64,000 nucleotides of DNA from a virus. The position numbers and the translations under genes are program-made. Positions 34,036-45,786 of the stretch are shown here, one piece after another. Below the pieces are notes generated by a model that was given only the letters and a program-made list of their open reading frames with translations, searched no databases and was not told the origin of the DNA. How positions within the stretch are numbered: the first letter of the stretch is position 1; every line of letters starts with the position of its first letter. The DNA lies in IMG/VR virus record IMGVR_UViG_3300028844_004984; one strand, given 5' to 3'.

Positions 34036-35976
34036 ATGGCTAAGAAAGTAAAATCGGATTTAGTACAAAAGGACGTATCTCTATTAGGTAGAGATTTTGG
34101 TGAGTTTAGAAAAAACTTAATTGAGTTTTCTAAGAACTACTTCCCAAACACGTACAATGATTTTAATGAATCATCACCGGGTATGATGTTTATGGAAATG
34201 GCATCATATGTTGGGGATGTATTATCATTCTATACAGATACGCAATTAAGGGAATCGCTACTAACAACAGCTGAAGAGAACTCAAATTTATTCAACATTG
34301 TTAGTAGTATGGGATATACCCCTAAAAATGTAGTACCCGCATCAGTAACGTTGGATGTATATCAACTAGTACCCGCTAAAGGAAGTGGTGATGATGTAAA
34401 ACCTGATTTTGATTATGCAATGATTGTAAATAGTGGTATGATTGTAGGTTCAACAGATTTTTCTGAAGTGGAATTTACAACAATATCACAAATTGATTTT
34501 GCATTTTCATCCTCATTCAATCCGACTGAAGTATCGGTATATCAGATAGATGAGAACACAAATGAGCCAGTATATTATTTGTTGAAAAAAAGTACTAAGG
34601 CGACAAGTGGTAAGGAAATAGAAAAAGAATTTCCATTCGGAGCTCCAAAAATATATGATAAAATTAAAATTGTCGATGAGAATATTGTAAGAGTAAAAAG
34701 TATCTACGATGATGATAACGATAAATGGACTAAAGTACCATACTTAGCACAAGATACAGTGTTTGAGCAAATAGATAACAATGAAGATAATTCTATTGAG
34801 TATTCATCACATCAAGGTGATACACCATATCTTTTAGATTTGAATAGAGTACCTAAGAGGTACATTACTAGATTTGAAGATAATGGGGTTTTAGTTATAC
34901 AATTTGGAGCAGGTATATCTGCTAACGCCGATGAAGAGTTAATACCAAATGCGGATAATGTGGGTTCTTCTTTGTATACTGAGCACCAAAATTTAGATAC
35001 ATCATTAGACCCTTCAAATTTTCTGTATACAAAAACATATGGAGCAGCCCCAGCTAACACAACACTTACTGTAAAGTACGTTGTTGGTAATGGTGTGGTA
35101 GATAACGTACCTGCTAAAGACTTGACCAATGTACTGGGAAGCACCACAACATTAAAAAATGAAATAAATCTAAATTCAGATGTTGTCAACTTCATAAAAA
35201 GTTCATTGGCGTGTACCAATCCTGAGCCGGCTGTGGGTGGTAAAACAACAGAAGGACAAGATGCTATCAAACAAAATGCTATGGCATTTTTTGGAGCCCA
35301 AAATAGAACTGTGACCAGAGAAGATTATGTGATGAGGTGTTACGCACTTCCTCCACAATTCGGTTCTATAGCAAAAGCATATGTTGTACAGGATTATCAG
35401 ATAGAGAATAGTAAGTTAGATGGTGAACCGATTAGTACAGAAATTCCAAACCCATTGGCAATAAATCTATACACATTGGGATATGATAATAACAAAAACC
35501 TATCTAAGTTAAATCCTGCTACAAAATACAACTTAAAAAATTACATAGCGTATCACAGATTACTTACAGATGCTGTAAATATTAAAGATGCGTATATTGT
35601 AAATATTGGTATTGATTTTGAAATCATTGTACTTCCTGAATATAATTCAAACGAAGTACTACTCAGAGCTATAAATAGAATGAGAGAGTATTTCAATATT
35701 GAAAATTGGAGAATTAATGAACCAATCAACCTATCAAATGTATACATAGAATTAGATAAAGTAGAAGGGGTACAGACTGTAGTCCGACCTAGTAAGAATG
35801 GAGTAGGTGGTTTACAAATTTACAATAAATTTAATGGTAACTATGCACCAAACAAATATAGTTTACTTACAGCTACTAAGAATGGTATTATCTACCCACC
35901 TAAAGACCCTTCTATTTTTGAAGTAAAATTTTTAGACTCGGATATACGAGGACAGGTTATAACGCAATCATTCTAA
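34036..35976 (+). CDS. Baseplate wedge subunit (T4 gp6/baseplate J-like)
   Basis: DF....G..F.E..SYVGD.LSFY.D; FG.G; AQNRTVT.EDY. Confidence 0.88.
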   Translation: MAKKVKSDLVQKDVSLLGRDFGEFRKNLIEFSKNYFPNTYNDFNESSPGMMFMEMASYVGDVLSFYTDTQLRESLLTTAEENSNLFNIVSSMGYTPKNVVPASVTLDVYQLVPAKGSGDDVKPDFDYAMIVNSGMIVGSTDFSEVEFTTISQIDFAFSSSFNPTEVSVYQIDENTNEPVYYLLKKSTKATSGKEIEKEFPFGAPKIYDKIKIVDENIVRVKSIYDDDNDKWTKVPYLAQDTVFEQIDNNEDNSIEYSSHQGDTPYLLDLNRVPKRYITRFEDNGVLVIQFGAGISANADEELIPNADNVGSSLYTEHQNLDTSLDPSNFLYTKTYGAAPANTTLTVKYVVGNGVVDNVPAKDLTNVLGSTTTLKNEINLNSDVVNFIKSSLACTNPEPAVGGKTTEGQDAIKQNAMAFFGAQNRTVTREDYVMRCYALPPQFGSIAKAYVVQDYQIENSKLDGEPISTEIPNPLAINLYTLGYDNNKNLSKLNPATKYNLKNYIAYHRLLTDAVNIKDAYIVNIGIDFEIIVLPEYNSNEVLLRAINRMREYFNIENWRINEPINLSNVYIELDKVEGVQTVVRPSKNGVGGLQIYNKFNGNYAPNKYSLLTATKNGIIYPPKDPSIFEVKFLDSDIRGQVITQSF

Positions 35977-35989
35977 ATGAGGATACAAT

Positions 35990-38008
35990 ATGATTTACAG
36001 AATATACGGACATAAAGATTCTACAATCTACGAACCAAGCACTCGTAAGGCACAAAATACTGGAAAAGATGAAATTTTAGAAGTAACTAAATTTTTTGAT
36101 GAGCTTGGTGGTGGTTTTACTGGGAACAGCCGAATCCTTACGCAGTTCGATATAGCCGAATTATCACAATCTATAGTTAGTGGTGATGTAACTGGTTCAG
36201 AGTTTAGATTAAACTTAACATCTACTGAAGAGATAGAAATTCCAGCTGAATATACATTAGAAATATATCCAGTATCACAAAGTTGGAATGAAGGATTGGG
36301 TCAATTTTATGATACACCAATAAACACATCCGGTGTAAGTTGGGAACGTAGAAACTCAGTAACACTGTGGGATGTTGAAAATACCAAAGTGTTCAATGGT
36401 ACAATACCAAGTAGAATACCAGATAAGGGTATCGTGTTGTATGAAGGGTTCGACGATGGTATTGGTAGTGCGTTTTTAACAGAATCCATAAACGATATAT
36501 TTGGAAACGAGCCGTCTTTAATACATGAAAATAGTAAGTTAACGATATCCGCATCTAATTTTTCGGGAACAACATTAGTATTCCCAGCTGAATTATCAGC
36601 TAGTGTTGAATATGGTATTCAGTTTCAAGTAGATCCTGGAGATTTTGATGATATAGTTTTTAGAATCAAAGACCCAAATGGAGTATTGAAAACTGAAGAA
36701 GATTATGAAGATTTGGTTGGAAACATTACGACAGCATCCACACAATCATTCACAATCCTAGCAGATGCTACTGGTCAACATGAGTTGAGGTTTACATTTT
36801 TTGATGGGCAAGATAATGGTACAACCACTAAAGGATTTTTTGATGAAATCTATGTACATCAAAAAGGTGATGGTTTAATTGTATGGGAAACATTTACACA
36901 GAATAAGGGTGAGTTTGTTTTACGAAATGTAGTAAAAGAAACATTAGATGCCGATGTTAGAATGTTCGCTTCAGAATCTAAACTAAATCTATACTCCAAC
37001 AATGGTGGCGGAGATGCATCATATATAGCTGATTTAACATCAGGTTCAACTTACTATGTATCGGCATCTTTAACACCAACCGACTTTTCTAAAATAGATT
37101 TTACGTTATACGACCCGAATGGTTTAAAAACCAGAGAAGGTATAGAAAATCTCACATCATCATTTACAACAAATGCTGTACAAGCAATCGAATACACACC
37201 ATCGTTTAGTGGTAATCACATTTTTGCATATACATACTACAATCCAGATGGTACGCCGGCTAGTGGTTCGCTAGACAATTTTAAAATCGAATACTCAGGT
37301 TCATTACCAATATCAGAAGTTTCTGAGGCCGGATATCAAATTCAAGCTGGTGGTGGAACCTGGTACACCTCATCATACAACGGAACGGAGTATGAGCAAG
37401 TATTTACACGATATAACAAAAACCTAAATGTTGAAGTTACTGAGTATGTCAACGATTGGTTGAGTGGTAATAGAGAAAACAATGGGTTTATAATAAAACG
37501 ACCAGTAGCGCAGGAAAGCGGTTCTATACGCTATGGTTCATCTAAGTTTTTCTCAAACGATACACATACAATATATGTACCTACATTAGAAGTTAGATGG
37601 GATGATAGCTCATTTGTAACGGGTTCTTTAGATGAGTTGATAGCGGATGATATAACTGTATACGTTAAGAATCTAAACAGCGAATATAAAGAATCATCTA
37701 AGGCTAAGATACGGATTGTTGGTAGAGAAACATATCCACAACGAACATTTATAGATTCAAACCCATATACTACAATTAAATATTTGCCCGAAACTACTTA
37801 TTACCAGGTGAGGGATGTTGAAACAAATCAAGTATTAATTCCATACAATACAAACTACACAAAAGTGAGTTGTGATTCAACTGGAAACTATTTTGATTTT
37901 TGGTTCGATACACTTCAACCAGAAAGATACTACCAATTTGAATTCAGAGTGGATAGGTCTGGTTTAAAAGAATATTTCGATGGGTTCGTATTTAAAGTAA
38001 TTAGATAA
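35990..38008 (+). CDS. Virion structural protein
   Basis: Long beta-rich ORF in the baseplate cluster. Confidence 0.7.
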   Translation: MIYRIYGHKDSTIYEPSTRKAQNTGKDEILEVTKFFDELGGGFTGNSRILTQFDIAELSQSIVSGDVTGSEFRLNLTSTEEIEIPAEYTLEIYPVSQSWNEGLGQFYDTPINTSGVSWERRNSVTLWDVENTKVFNGTIPSRIPDKGIVLYEGFDDGIGSAFLTESINDIFGNEPSLIHENSKLTISASNFSGTTLVFPAELSASVEYGIQFQVDPGDFDDIVFRIKDPNGVLKTEEDYEDLVGNITTASTQSFTILADATGQHELRFTFFDGQDNGTTTKGFFDEIYVHQKGDGLIVWETFTQNKGEFVLRNVVKETLDADVRMFASESKLNLYSNNGGGDASYIADLTSGSTYYVSASLTPTDFSKIDFTLYDPNGLKTREGIENLTSSFTTNAVQAIEYTPSFSGNHIFAYTYYNPDGTPASGSLDNFKIEYSGSLPISEVSEAGYQIQAGGGTWYTSSYNGTEYEQVFTRYNKNLNVEVTEYVNDWLSGNRENNGFIIKRPVAQESGSIRYGSSKFFSNDTHTIYVPTLEVRWDDSSFVTGSLDELIADDITVYVKNLNSEYKESSKAKIRIVGRETYPQRTFIDSNPYTTIKYLPETTYYQVRDVETNQVLIPYNTNYTKVSCDSTGNYFDFWFDTLQPERYYQFEFRVDRSGLKEYFDGFVFKVIR

Positions 38009-39276
38009 TGGCGGAAAAGAATACAGATAGTGTTGAAGGTAACTTGAATCGGAGAGAGATTAAACGTAACTCATCGAATCAAATTGTATCCTATACTCTC
38101 AAAGAAAACTCAACTGATGAGTATGGCTATCACATTGTCCCTGCGACTCAAACTCATTATGAGAAAGAAACATATGCCAGAACAATTGATAGATTATCTA
38201 ATGAGCTAACAAATGTACGTCCGAATATACCTATTGAAATAATAGAGCAGAAGTTCATATCAGAAAAGAAAATATATGTAAATTCAGTTCCAAACGATGT
38301 AGACGACCCGTTTGATGATTTGTTTAGTGGTAGGTACGAAATAACAGAAGATGCAGAAACATACGAGCGTAATAGAGATTACCATAGTGTGAACCCATCA
38401 TATTATGATGCTGCAGAGTATGCTCGTCGTGATTTTGAGTTTAAAGGTTTCCGTAAAATATATTGGGATAATACTATATATGGACCACCCTTAGATGAGA
38501 ATGGGTATAGGATTACAAAAGAATTAATAGATAGTGGTAAGAGTATTCGATTAAAAACCACAATTGGTGTGGGTAATGAAATCTCACCAAATAAGGATGT
38601 TGCTTTAAGATTGGCTTTCTTTAGAAAAAGACCACCATATGAACCAAGAGAAGAATTTGCACAGGCGTACACTAATGTGGGGCCAGGTGAATACTTATAC
38701 TTATCTACTACATATGATGTTCTTAATGAAGAAATGACGGAGGGTGACCTTTGGCAAGTTCATGCACAGTGTGGTAATGCATCCGCAAACTTTTTTCAAT
38801 ATGGTGAGAAATCCATACTTACGGTAGAAGTATTTGATGGGGATAACCCAGTAGAAGAGGGTGATTATGGTGCATTCGATGTGGGTATAATTCCATTAAA
38901 TCAACGTACACCAGCATCAACACTTCCTGAAAATCCAAAAGAAGTAGGGGATGACGGTGATGATGGGGAGATTTTTGAAGAAGAGTTATCACGTAAGGAA
39001 CAACGAAAAGAACGTAGAGCTGAACGTAAGGCAGACCGAAAAGCTCGTAGAGCCGAACGAAAAGAAAACAGACAAGAAAAGCGTGAAGATAGGCGTGAAG
39101 ATAGACAGGAACGACGTTCAGAACGTAAAGAAGAGCGTAGTGAACGTAGAGAAGCACGGCAAGAGAATAGGCAGAATCGTAGAGAAGAACGAAAAGAGGG
39201 ACGTGCTGACCGTAAAGAGGACCGTAAAGAACGCAGACAGAATCGTAGAAATCGTAGACGTAATCGTAGACGTTAA
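38008..39276 (+). CDS. Hypothetical protein with an Arg/Glu-rich 11-residue-repeat C-terminal tail
   Basis: ORF; low-complexity tail. Confidence 0.75.
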   Translation: MAEKNTDSVEGNLNRREIKRNSSNQIVSYTLKENSTDEYGYHIVPATQTHYEKETYARTIDRLSNELTNVRPNIPIEIIEQKFISEKKIYVNSVPNDVDDPFDDLFSGRYEITEDAETYERNRDYHSVNPSYYDAAEYARRDFEFKGFRKIYWDNTIYGPPLDENGYRITKELIDSGKSIRLKTTIGVGNEISPNKDVALRLAFFRKRPPYEPREEFAQAYTNVGPGEYLYLSTTYDVLNEEMTEGDLWQVHAQCGNASANFFQYGEKSILTVEVFDGDNPVEEGDYGAFDVGIIPLNQRTPASTLPENPKEVGDDGDDGEIFEEELSRKEQRKERRAERKADRKARRAERKENRQEKREDRREDRQERRSERKEERSERREARQENRQNRREERKEGRADRKEDRKERRQNRRNRRRNRRR

Positions 39277-39288
39277 TAGGGTGTAGAT

Positions 39289-42200
39289 ATGGCTATAAAT
39301 AGATTTCAAAATCCAAACATATTGGTTGAAACGAAAGTTCCTGTATTAGGGGTGCAGACCTATGAGTTAGTAGATGCTTCTAATCAAAGAACAAGTACAA
39401 AACCACTCCAACTCACCAATCGATACACATCTGGTACTAAGTTGGAAACTGAAAAACACATTTATTCAGCAGATGAACTAATACACTCAGCTGTTGAAGA
39501 ATTAGATTATGATATTGATACAAGTGAAGAGGCATCTGAATTAAATCTGCTAGTTAGACCTGAGAACGATGTTAGACTGGCCGGAATAAAAAGTGGGTAC
39601 TATTCAATTGTTTATAATTTTTTAAAAAGAAGAACTGGGACTTTAAAAATAGTAAACATCAACTCGGATGGTACTGAAATAGAGGTCGAAGCCGATACCA
39701 CATTAGTTGATATATTTTCTAAATATGGGCCAGGTGGTAAGTATATCGAAGATACACATCAACCAAATCTTATTTTAAACTTTGGTGAAAACAAAATTCA
39801 TACAATAACTGATATGAGTTTTGAAAACAATGAAAGAAATGGCGAGACGGTTTCCACTGTCAGTTTCCCTACAGATAAAGCTAATGGTAAAGATACATTT
39901 TTTGCACCATCTATTGAATCTGAAAATGAAAATCGATGGGTAGAATTCTACACATCTAGGAAACGAACACCATCAAACGACTTGGTATATGAAACAACCG
40001 GCCGCAGTGCAAAATTTAATATAAGTTTTGATGAAAAAAATAAACCATACTATGAAATAGAAAAAAATATAAATGGTGAGGGTATATACTATTCAGAAAA
40101 CGAAACATCTGAAGATAGGCAGTACAATATACCTATGGGACAATATTACGATATACCACCCACTGCTGCAGGCAAAACTGGAAAGCGTAGACTCTCTTCT
40201 ATAAAAAAATTCTCTAAAATACGTTACTACGATTCATCATTTAAAGTTAATCAAGTAAAGCGTGTTATTTTAAAACTGTACAAGCCATTAGAAGATGGGC
40301 TGTTACCATTAGATTGTAAAATTGATGAGGTACTTAGAGATTCATATATTGATAGAGTATTGGTATATGAAACTAAAAAGAATGTAGAAACAGAAAACTT
40401 CTCAGCACCAAACTTTAAAATTGATATGGGTAACTATGGTAAATCCACAGGTACCGATTTAAAAACTTGGAACGACTTATTAGATGCTAATTTAACAACA
40501 TCACAAAGAATTGTTGATAAGTACATAAGTTCTTCTTTTGGTGGAGTTGATTTAAATGTAGATTACACATACTTTGGTAACTTTGTAAAGTACTCTTCTG
40601 CTGTTGAGCGGGTGAATAATTTTAAGTATAAGTTAGAGTTGATAGAATCGTTCGATGCCAGAATAAAACAATTAAATACTGTAAGTGGTTCTGAAGCATT
40701 AACAAATGTTTCACAATCAATCACTAGAAAGAACAAAGTTGTTAGTGGTATGGACGGGTGGGAACGGTGGATGTATAACGAATCCACAGGTTCACTATAC
40801 ACACACCACAGTTCATCGAACTACCCACTTACCCCTTGGCCAAAGCAACAACTATATCCACCTGTACAGTTTAGTGTAACATCATCAGAGGGTATAGCTC
40901 ACCAAAAGGGGTTGATTGACTCGGCGAGTATATATGATTCCTTAAATGATGCAAGATTAACTAAAGTAATACCATCAGCGATAGTAGAAGATACATTAAA
41001 TCAAGATTACATTCTATTCATCGATATGATTGGACATCATTTTGATATTACTTGGAGTTACATAAATTCGCTAACATCAATTCATACTCGTGAAGAACAC
41101 CCATATGATGGTATGCCAAACGAACTACTATATGATGTGGCCAAAACAATGGGATGGAAACTCACACAAGGTAAAGATAGGTCGGAGTTGTGGGAATTTG
41201 GATTAGGTACTGATAAATTTGGTAACGTAATCAATAGTGGTTCACTACGCTCTAAACCTCATGAGCAGATAAACTATGAAGTTTGGAGGCGTATTGTAAA
41301 CAACATCCCATACTTGTTAAAAACAAAAGGTAGCGCTAGAGCGGTTAAGGCATTGATATCAACATATGGTATACCACAAACATTCCTCTCAATCAGAGAA
41401 TATGGTGGGCCTGTAATTGAAACCGATGTTAGACCTTATTGGGAGCACGATAGATATGTTTATCATTTAGAGTTAGAATCTTCGCTAACCAATGGACCCT
41501 TAGAGAGTGGTGCTCATGTAAAACTTCCTTGGGGTAAAATAGATGATGTGGATGATGATGGATACATCAATGGCCAAAGTATAACACCTGATGTTGTAGA
41601 ATTACAAATACAGCAAAACGTAGCTCAAAACACAACCATAATGCATAAAAACACTAATGGTAGACTCTTAATGTTAGACGAGATGTTGCCAGATTGGGCA
41701 GTTGTGTATGAGAGTACTTCAACAAGTGCAACGGCAACGCGTGGTAATATTCACTTATATCTAAATGGTACTCCATTAACTAACGCACCAATTAAATCAG
41801 CTAGTATTATGGATGTACCTCTTTTTGATTCCACAATGAGTACGTTGGTAGTTGAAAGAGAAGTTTCTACTGATGATATAACACAAGATAATAGTTACAA
41901 GCTACAATACAGAAGAAGCAACAAAGATAGAATTACTATAAGTCGTTCCGCAAGTATATCGGTAGATGGCGCTACCGAATCGGGATACAATGGTGCATGG
42001 ACTGGTAGCCAAGCAAACGATTCCGCCAACATATTATATATCGGTAAACCCACCAATGGTCAAGAGGGTACAACACCAATCGTAGGTTTGCCTATAGAGG
42101 GTGCTATACAAGAAATTAGATATTGGGCAGAACCATTAAAAGATATTGTAATTGATGAACACACTTTATCAAGAGAAACATATCATGGTAATTCAGCAAC

Positions 42201-43950
42201 ATCATCTTTCTACGATTTAAAACTGCGTATTATTCCAGATTCTCAAGTCAAAAATTGGCCTGAGTATGATACGTTAGACTCTCTAAATAATTTTATATCC
42301 TCATCGCATCCCAATCAACGAATAACAGAAACTTCAGATGGAAGGGCTCTAAGAGCACACTTCATAGGAATGGAAAAAAATGATTTGAAAGGTGTAACTG
42401 AAGAATATTATACAAAAGTACCTTCGGCTGGCGCGAACAATATAATGAACAATAAAGTTAGAATCGAAAATAACAAATTAACTGGCATTCTTGATTCAGA
42501 AAAGAAAAAAGAAAAATCACAATATGATACAGCACCTGTGGATTCAAATGTGGTTGGTGTTTACTTATCGGCAACGCGTATGTATAATGAAGATACTTAC
42601 AATCATACTGGATATTTTGATATCGATGATTACATTGGTAATCCTGATAGAAGGGAGGGGTTTACAGAACAAAACGAAGAATTGGATTATGTTCGAAGGG
42701 AAGTGTTTAGAAAATACTCAGCAAAGAATTTGATTAATACTACAATTGATATGTTAGCTAAGTATGATATGTCGGTGTTTGAACAGATTAGGCAAACTAT
42801 TCCAGCGAGAGCGGATTATAATTCTGGTATTTTGATTGAGCCACATATTTTAGAGAGGCCTAAAGCAAAATCAAAAGTACAAGTTACACAAACCAGACCT
42901 GTTTATGAAACGGTTATTACTGCCACACGACCAATAACATCCACATATACAAACTATGAAACTAGCATCACCGCATCGGATATATATAGTATATCGGCAG
43001 ACCGTAGACAATACGATGCACTAATCGATGATACAGATGTGTACGCATTATCAGCCGAACGTACTCAATACGATGCACTAATCGATGATACAACTGTATA
43101 TAATTTAACTGCGGACCGTAGACAATACGATTCTTTAATTGATACTTCAGTACTACGAATTATCACAGCTCAAAAAGATGATTTGGAGAATTTGGGAAAT
43201 CCACAGATTAGAGATATGTACGCACCATCCACATATGAATACACAATTTTAAGCTATTCATCATCAGCTGATATTGGGTTTGGTAATAATTGGACTACTG
43301 GTTCAAATGGGTATTGGAACTATAATGTGCTTGGAACAAATGTATCAGCAAGTAGAGAATCTAAATACGCACAGCGAAAGGTATATTTTTACGATACATC
43401 CTTATCAGCATCATTGAAGTTGAGTAATTCATCATCATTATTACCAGCTGAAGTATCTACAGATGAGCTACCAATTGCAGTTCAAAATTTAAGATACTTG
43501 GGATGTAAGCTACGTTCAGACTCATTAACCACAAACTCATCAGATACACCAGATGGTAGACCGGTAATCGAAATATTTAAAGCAGACCCCAACGTATTAA
43601 TCTACACATCCCAAACAGCTGAAGAGGGTAATTTGGATGTAGATACTGTGACTGGACTTACCACGTTGGATGTAACTGAGCTAGCAGTAAATGAAGATAT
43701 TCGATTTACTCGAATGCAAGAATACAAAGATGAAGTCAAAACGTTCAGACGTAAGTTAGAAAAATTGATTGAAATTGAAGATAATCGTTCAGCTGAATTT
43801 GATGCTAGATATAAAGTAGAATTAATTCGTCGTGAACGTGAGCTAGAAAGACGTGACGAGTTTAATATTTTGAATGGTGATTCTGTAGATAACGCACCAC
43901 CAACAGACCCACCACCACCACCACAACCAATTAGTGCGACTGGTACATAA
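39289..43950 (+). CDS. Large virion/baseplate structural protein (1553 aa)
   Basis: LLKTKG...A...YG motif seen in wedge/tail proteins; LamG-like segment; internal 19-aa repeats. Confidence 0.7.
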   Translation: MAINRFQNPNILVETKVPVLGVQTYELVDASNQRTSTKPLQLTNRYTSGTKLETEKHIYSADELIHSAVEELDYDIDTSEEASELNLLVRPENDVRLAGIKSGYYSIVYNFLKRRTGTLKIVNINSDGTEIEVEADTTLVDIFSKYGPGGKYIEDTHQPNLILNFGENKIHTITDMSFENNERNGETVSTVSFPTDKANGKDTFFAPSIESENENRWVEFYTSRKRTPSNDLVYETTGRSAKFNISFDEKNKPYYEIEKNINGEGIYYSENETSEDRQYNIPMGQYYDIPPTAAGKTGKRRLSSIKKFSKIRYYDSSFKVNQVKRVILKLYKPLEDGLLPLDCKIDEVLRDSYIDRVLVYETKKNVETENFSAPNFKIDMGNYGKSTGTDLKTWNDLLDANLTTSQRIVDKYISSSFGGVDLNVDYTYFGNFVKYSSAVERVNNFKYKLELIESFDARIKQLNTVSGSEALTNVSQSITRKNKVVSGMDGWERWMYNESTGSLYTHHSSSNYPLTPWPKQQLYPPVQFSVTSSEGIAHQKGLIDSASIYDSLNDARLTKVIPSAIVEDTLNQDYILFIDMIGHHFDITWSYINSLTSIHTREEHPYDGMPNELLYDVAKTMGWKLTQGKDRSELWEFGLGTDKFGNVINSGSLRSKPHEQINYEVWRRIVNNIPYLLKTKGSARAVKALISTYGIPQTFLSIREYGGPVIETDVRPYWEHDRYVYHLELESSLTNGPLESGAHVKLPWGKIDDVDDDGYINGQSITPDVVELQIQQNVAQNTTIMHKNTNGRLLMLDEMLPDWAVVYESTSTSATATRGNIHLYLNGTPLTNAPIKSASIMDVPLFDSTMSTLVVEREVSTDDITQDNSYKLQYRRSNKDRITISRSASISVDGATESGYNGAWTGSQANDSANILYIGKPTNGQEGTTPIVGLPIEGAIQEIRYWAEPLKDIVIDEHTLSRETYHGNSATSSFYDLKLRIIPDSQVKNWPEYDTLDSLNNFISSSHPNQRITETSDGRALRAHFIGMEKNDLKGVTEEYYTKVPSAGANNIMNNKVRIENNKLTGILDSEKKKEKSQYDTAPVDSNVVGVYLSATRMYNEDTYNHTGYFDIDDYIGNPDRREGFTEQNEELDYVRREVFRKYSAKNLINTTIDMLAKYDMSVFEQIRQTIPARADYNSGILIEPHILERPKAKSKVQVTQTRPVYETVITATRPITSTYTNYETSITASDIYSISADRRQYDALIDDTDVYALSAERTQYDALIDDTTVYNLTADRRQYDSLIDTSVLRIITAQKDDLENLGNPQIRDMYAPSTYEYTILSYSSSADIGFGNNWTTGSNGYWNYNVLGTNVSASRESKYAQRKVYFYDTSLSASLKLSNSSSLLPAEVSTDELPIAVQNLRYLGCKLRSDSLTTNSSDTPDGRPVIEIFKADPNVLIYTSQTAEEGNLDVDTVTGLTTLDVTELAVNEDIRFTRMQEYKDEVKTFRRKLEKLIEIEDNRSAEFDARYKVELIRRERELERRDEFNILNGDSVDNAPPTDPPPPPQPISATGT
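42985..43146 (+). repeat. 57-bp (19-aa) coding tandem repeat, about 3 copies
   Basis: SADRRQYDALIDDT / SAERTQYDALIDDT / TADRRQYDSLIDT. Confidence 0.8.
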
Positions 43951-43958
43951 TTATTATC

Positions 43959-45050
43959 ATGAGAACAGAGAAATCAAATAAAACAAATGTTGATAAGACG
44001 GTGGATTCATTGAATCAGCTGATTCAAACACGTTTAGAAGAGCGCTCGGCCAAACCACTCATAACTTCTCCAGAAAAACCGATTGATGAATCTACTAAGT
44101 TAGATGAAGTTATCAAAACTCCAAAATCAATTATCGATACTGGTAAACCTTTAGAAGAAAATAAAGTACTGGATACATTCGATAAGACCAGAGAAGAAGA
44201 TGTGATTGAGTTATTGAAACCCAATACCATAGATTCACTCAGACCAGCAATCAGGCCCGTAGATTCTAAAGGGTTACCAAACTCTGATAGACGTAGGTTA
44301 TACAAAGAAGAGTTTGACCGTAGAAAATTAGATGATGCTCGTGGTGATGATTTAAAAGAAGCATTTAATGATGAATTGGAGAGGAGACGTACATTTCAAA
44401 AAGAATTAGAACTTATGAAGTTAGAATTTGATTTGTATCTAAAAGAAACATATCCAGATATTGTTGGTGATAAAATTATAAAATCTGGTTCTGAGGTATT
44501 GGTCAAGCAAAAGTTAATCGCTGATAAAAAATTAAATGAGGATTCAAAAAATTCTATAAAGAAAAAGATGGTTACTCGTGTTGAAAGTGAAAAGTTAAGA
44601 AAACAAAAAGAAAACAGAATGCTCATTAATACACGTAGTAACGATGAAATTTCTACATTTTTAGAAGAAGAGATAATTATAGAACAACAGGAGAAAAAAA
44701 ATAGGAATCCTGAAATTCGACAAATGAATACTGTTCAGAAACAAATAAAAGAAGTTAAGGAAATGGAAATCAGAATGGGTAGACCTATAGTACCACATAG
44801 GGATATAGTCGAAAGTGAAGATTCTGATTTTGATAAAAACTCTTTAACTAAATCGAGCGATATACTTATAAAGGGTGATGATAAAACATCTGAAGAAAAT
44901 TATAAAGAACGTAGAGATTCATTAGAGCAATTAAGACAATCGCTCAATGATAGGGATGTAGAGGAAGATTTTGCTGTAAAACTTGATAAAGAAGATAGGC
45001 AAAAGGTGGATGATTTGGTAAAGGGTAAAAAAAGCCAAAACTTAATGTAA
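43959..45050 (+). CDS. Charged coiled-coil hypothetical protein
   Basis: ORF. Confidence 0.7.
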   Translation: MRTEKSNKTNVDKTVDSLNQLIQTRLEERSAKPLITSPEKPIDESTKLDEVIKTPKSIIDTGKPLEENKVLDTFDKTREEDVIELLKPNTIDSLRPAIRPVDSKGLPNSDRRRLYKEEFDRRKLDDARGDDLKEAFNDELERRRTFQKELELMKLEFDLYLKETYPDIVGDKIIKSGSEVLVKQKLIADKKLNEDSKNSIKKKMVTRVESEKLRKQKENRMLINTRSNDEISTFLEEEIIIEQQEKKNRNPEIRQMNTVQKQIKEVKEMEIRMGRPIVPHRDIVESEDSDFDKNSLTKSSDILIKGDDKTSEENYKERRDSLEQLRQSLNDRDVEEDFAVKLDKEDRQKVDDLVKGKKSQNLM

Positions 45051-45102
45051 AAAGTTTTTTCTTCATATTTATATAAGAAACAAATTGTAAAAGGGCAATA
45101 AT

Positions 45103-45768
45103 ATGGGATATTTAGATAATTCGTCGATAACTGTAGACGCTATCCTAACAAAAAAGGGTAGAGAGTTATTAGCAAAGGGCAGAGACTTCTTTGTTATCAG
45201 TCAATTCGCATTGGCAGATGATGAAGTAGATTACGAACTGTGGAATCCAGCACACCCGCTAGGTTCAGACTATTATGGAATCATAATTGAAAACATGCCA
45301 ATCGTTGAGGCAGTAACAGATGAAAATTATTCATTAAGATATAAGTTGTTAACTTTACCAAAGAATACTATCCGAATTCCAATTATAAATTCAAACCCAA
45401 GCTCAATTACAATGGAAGAGGGTGGACAGACTCAGGTGGTAACAATAGAAACCAAAAATGGTGGAAATGAAACATTGGGTTACACCGTAACACTACTAAA
45501 CTCCGATGCAGCTGATATCGTTGGTGATGGAAGTGGTATCGCAAACAATAGTGATGTTGTTGGTGCTAATGAAGATAGAAGAAGTGTTACTGTTAGTACA
45601 AATAGAACAGTAAGAATTAGAACTAAAGTACTGGCCGATAATACCGATATTTCAACTAAGTTGTTTGTTGTAGGTAATGAGACTGGTGGACGTACGGAAA
45701 TTGATTTGACGGTTACAAACAACCCAGATATCTCAGTAGGTAACACATTAGATTCAACATTTGGATAA
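45103..45768 (+). CDS. Virion structural protein
   Basis: MGYLDN...DAILT.KGR.LLA...FAL.DDEVDY motif of large aquatic phages. Confidence 0.7.
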   Translation: MGYLDNSSITVDAILTKKGRELLAKGRDFFVISQFALADDEVDYELWNPAHPLGSDYYGIIIENMPIVEAVTDENYSLRYKLLTLPKNTIRIPIINSNPSSITMEEGGQTQVVTIETKNGGNETLGYTVTLLNSDAADIVGDGSGIANNSDVVGANEDRRSVTVSTNRTVRIRTKVLADNTDISTKLFVVGNETGGRTEIDLTVTNNPDISVGNTLDSTFG

Positions 45769-45786
45769 TTAAAAAGGGAATAGGAT

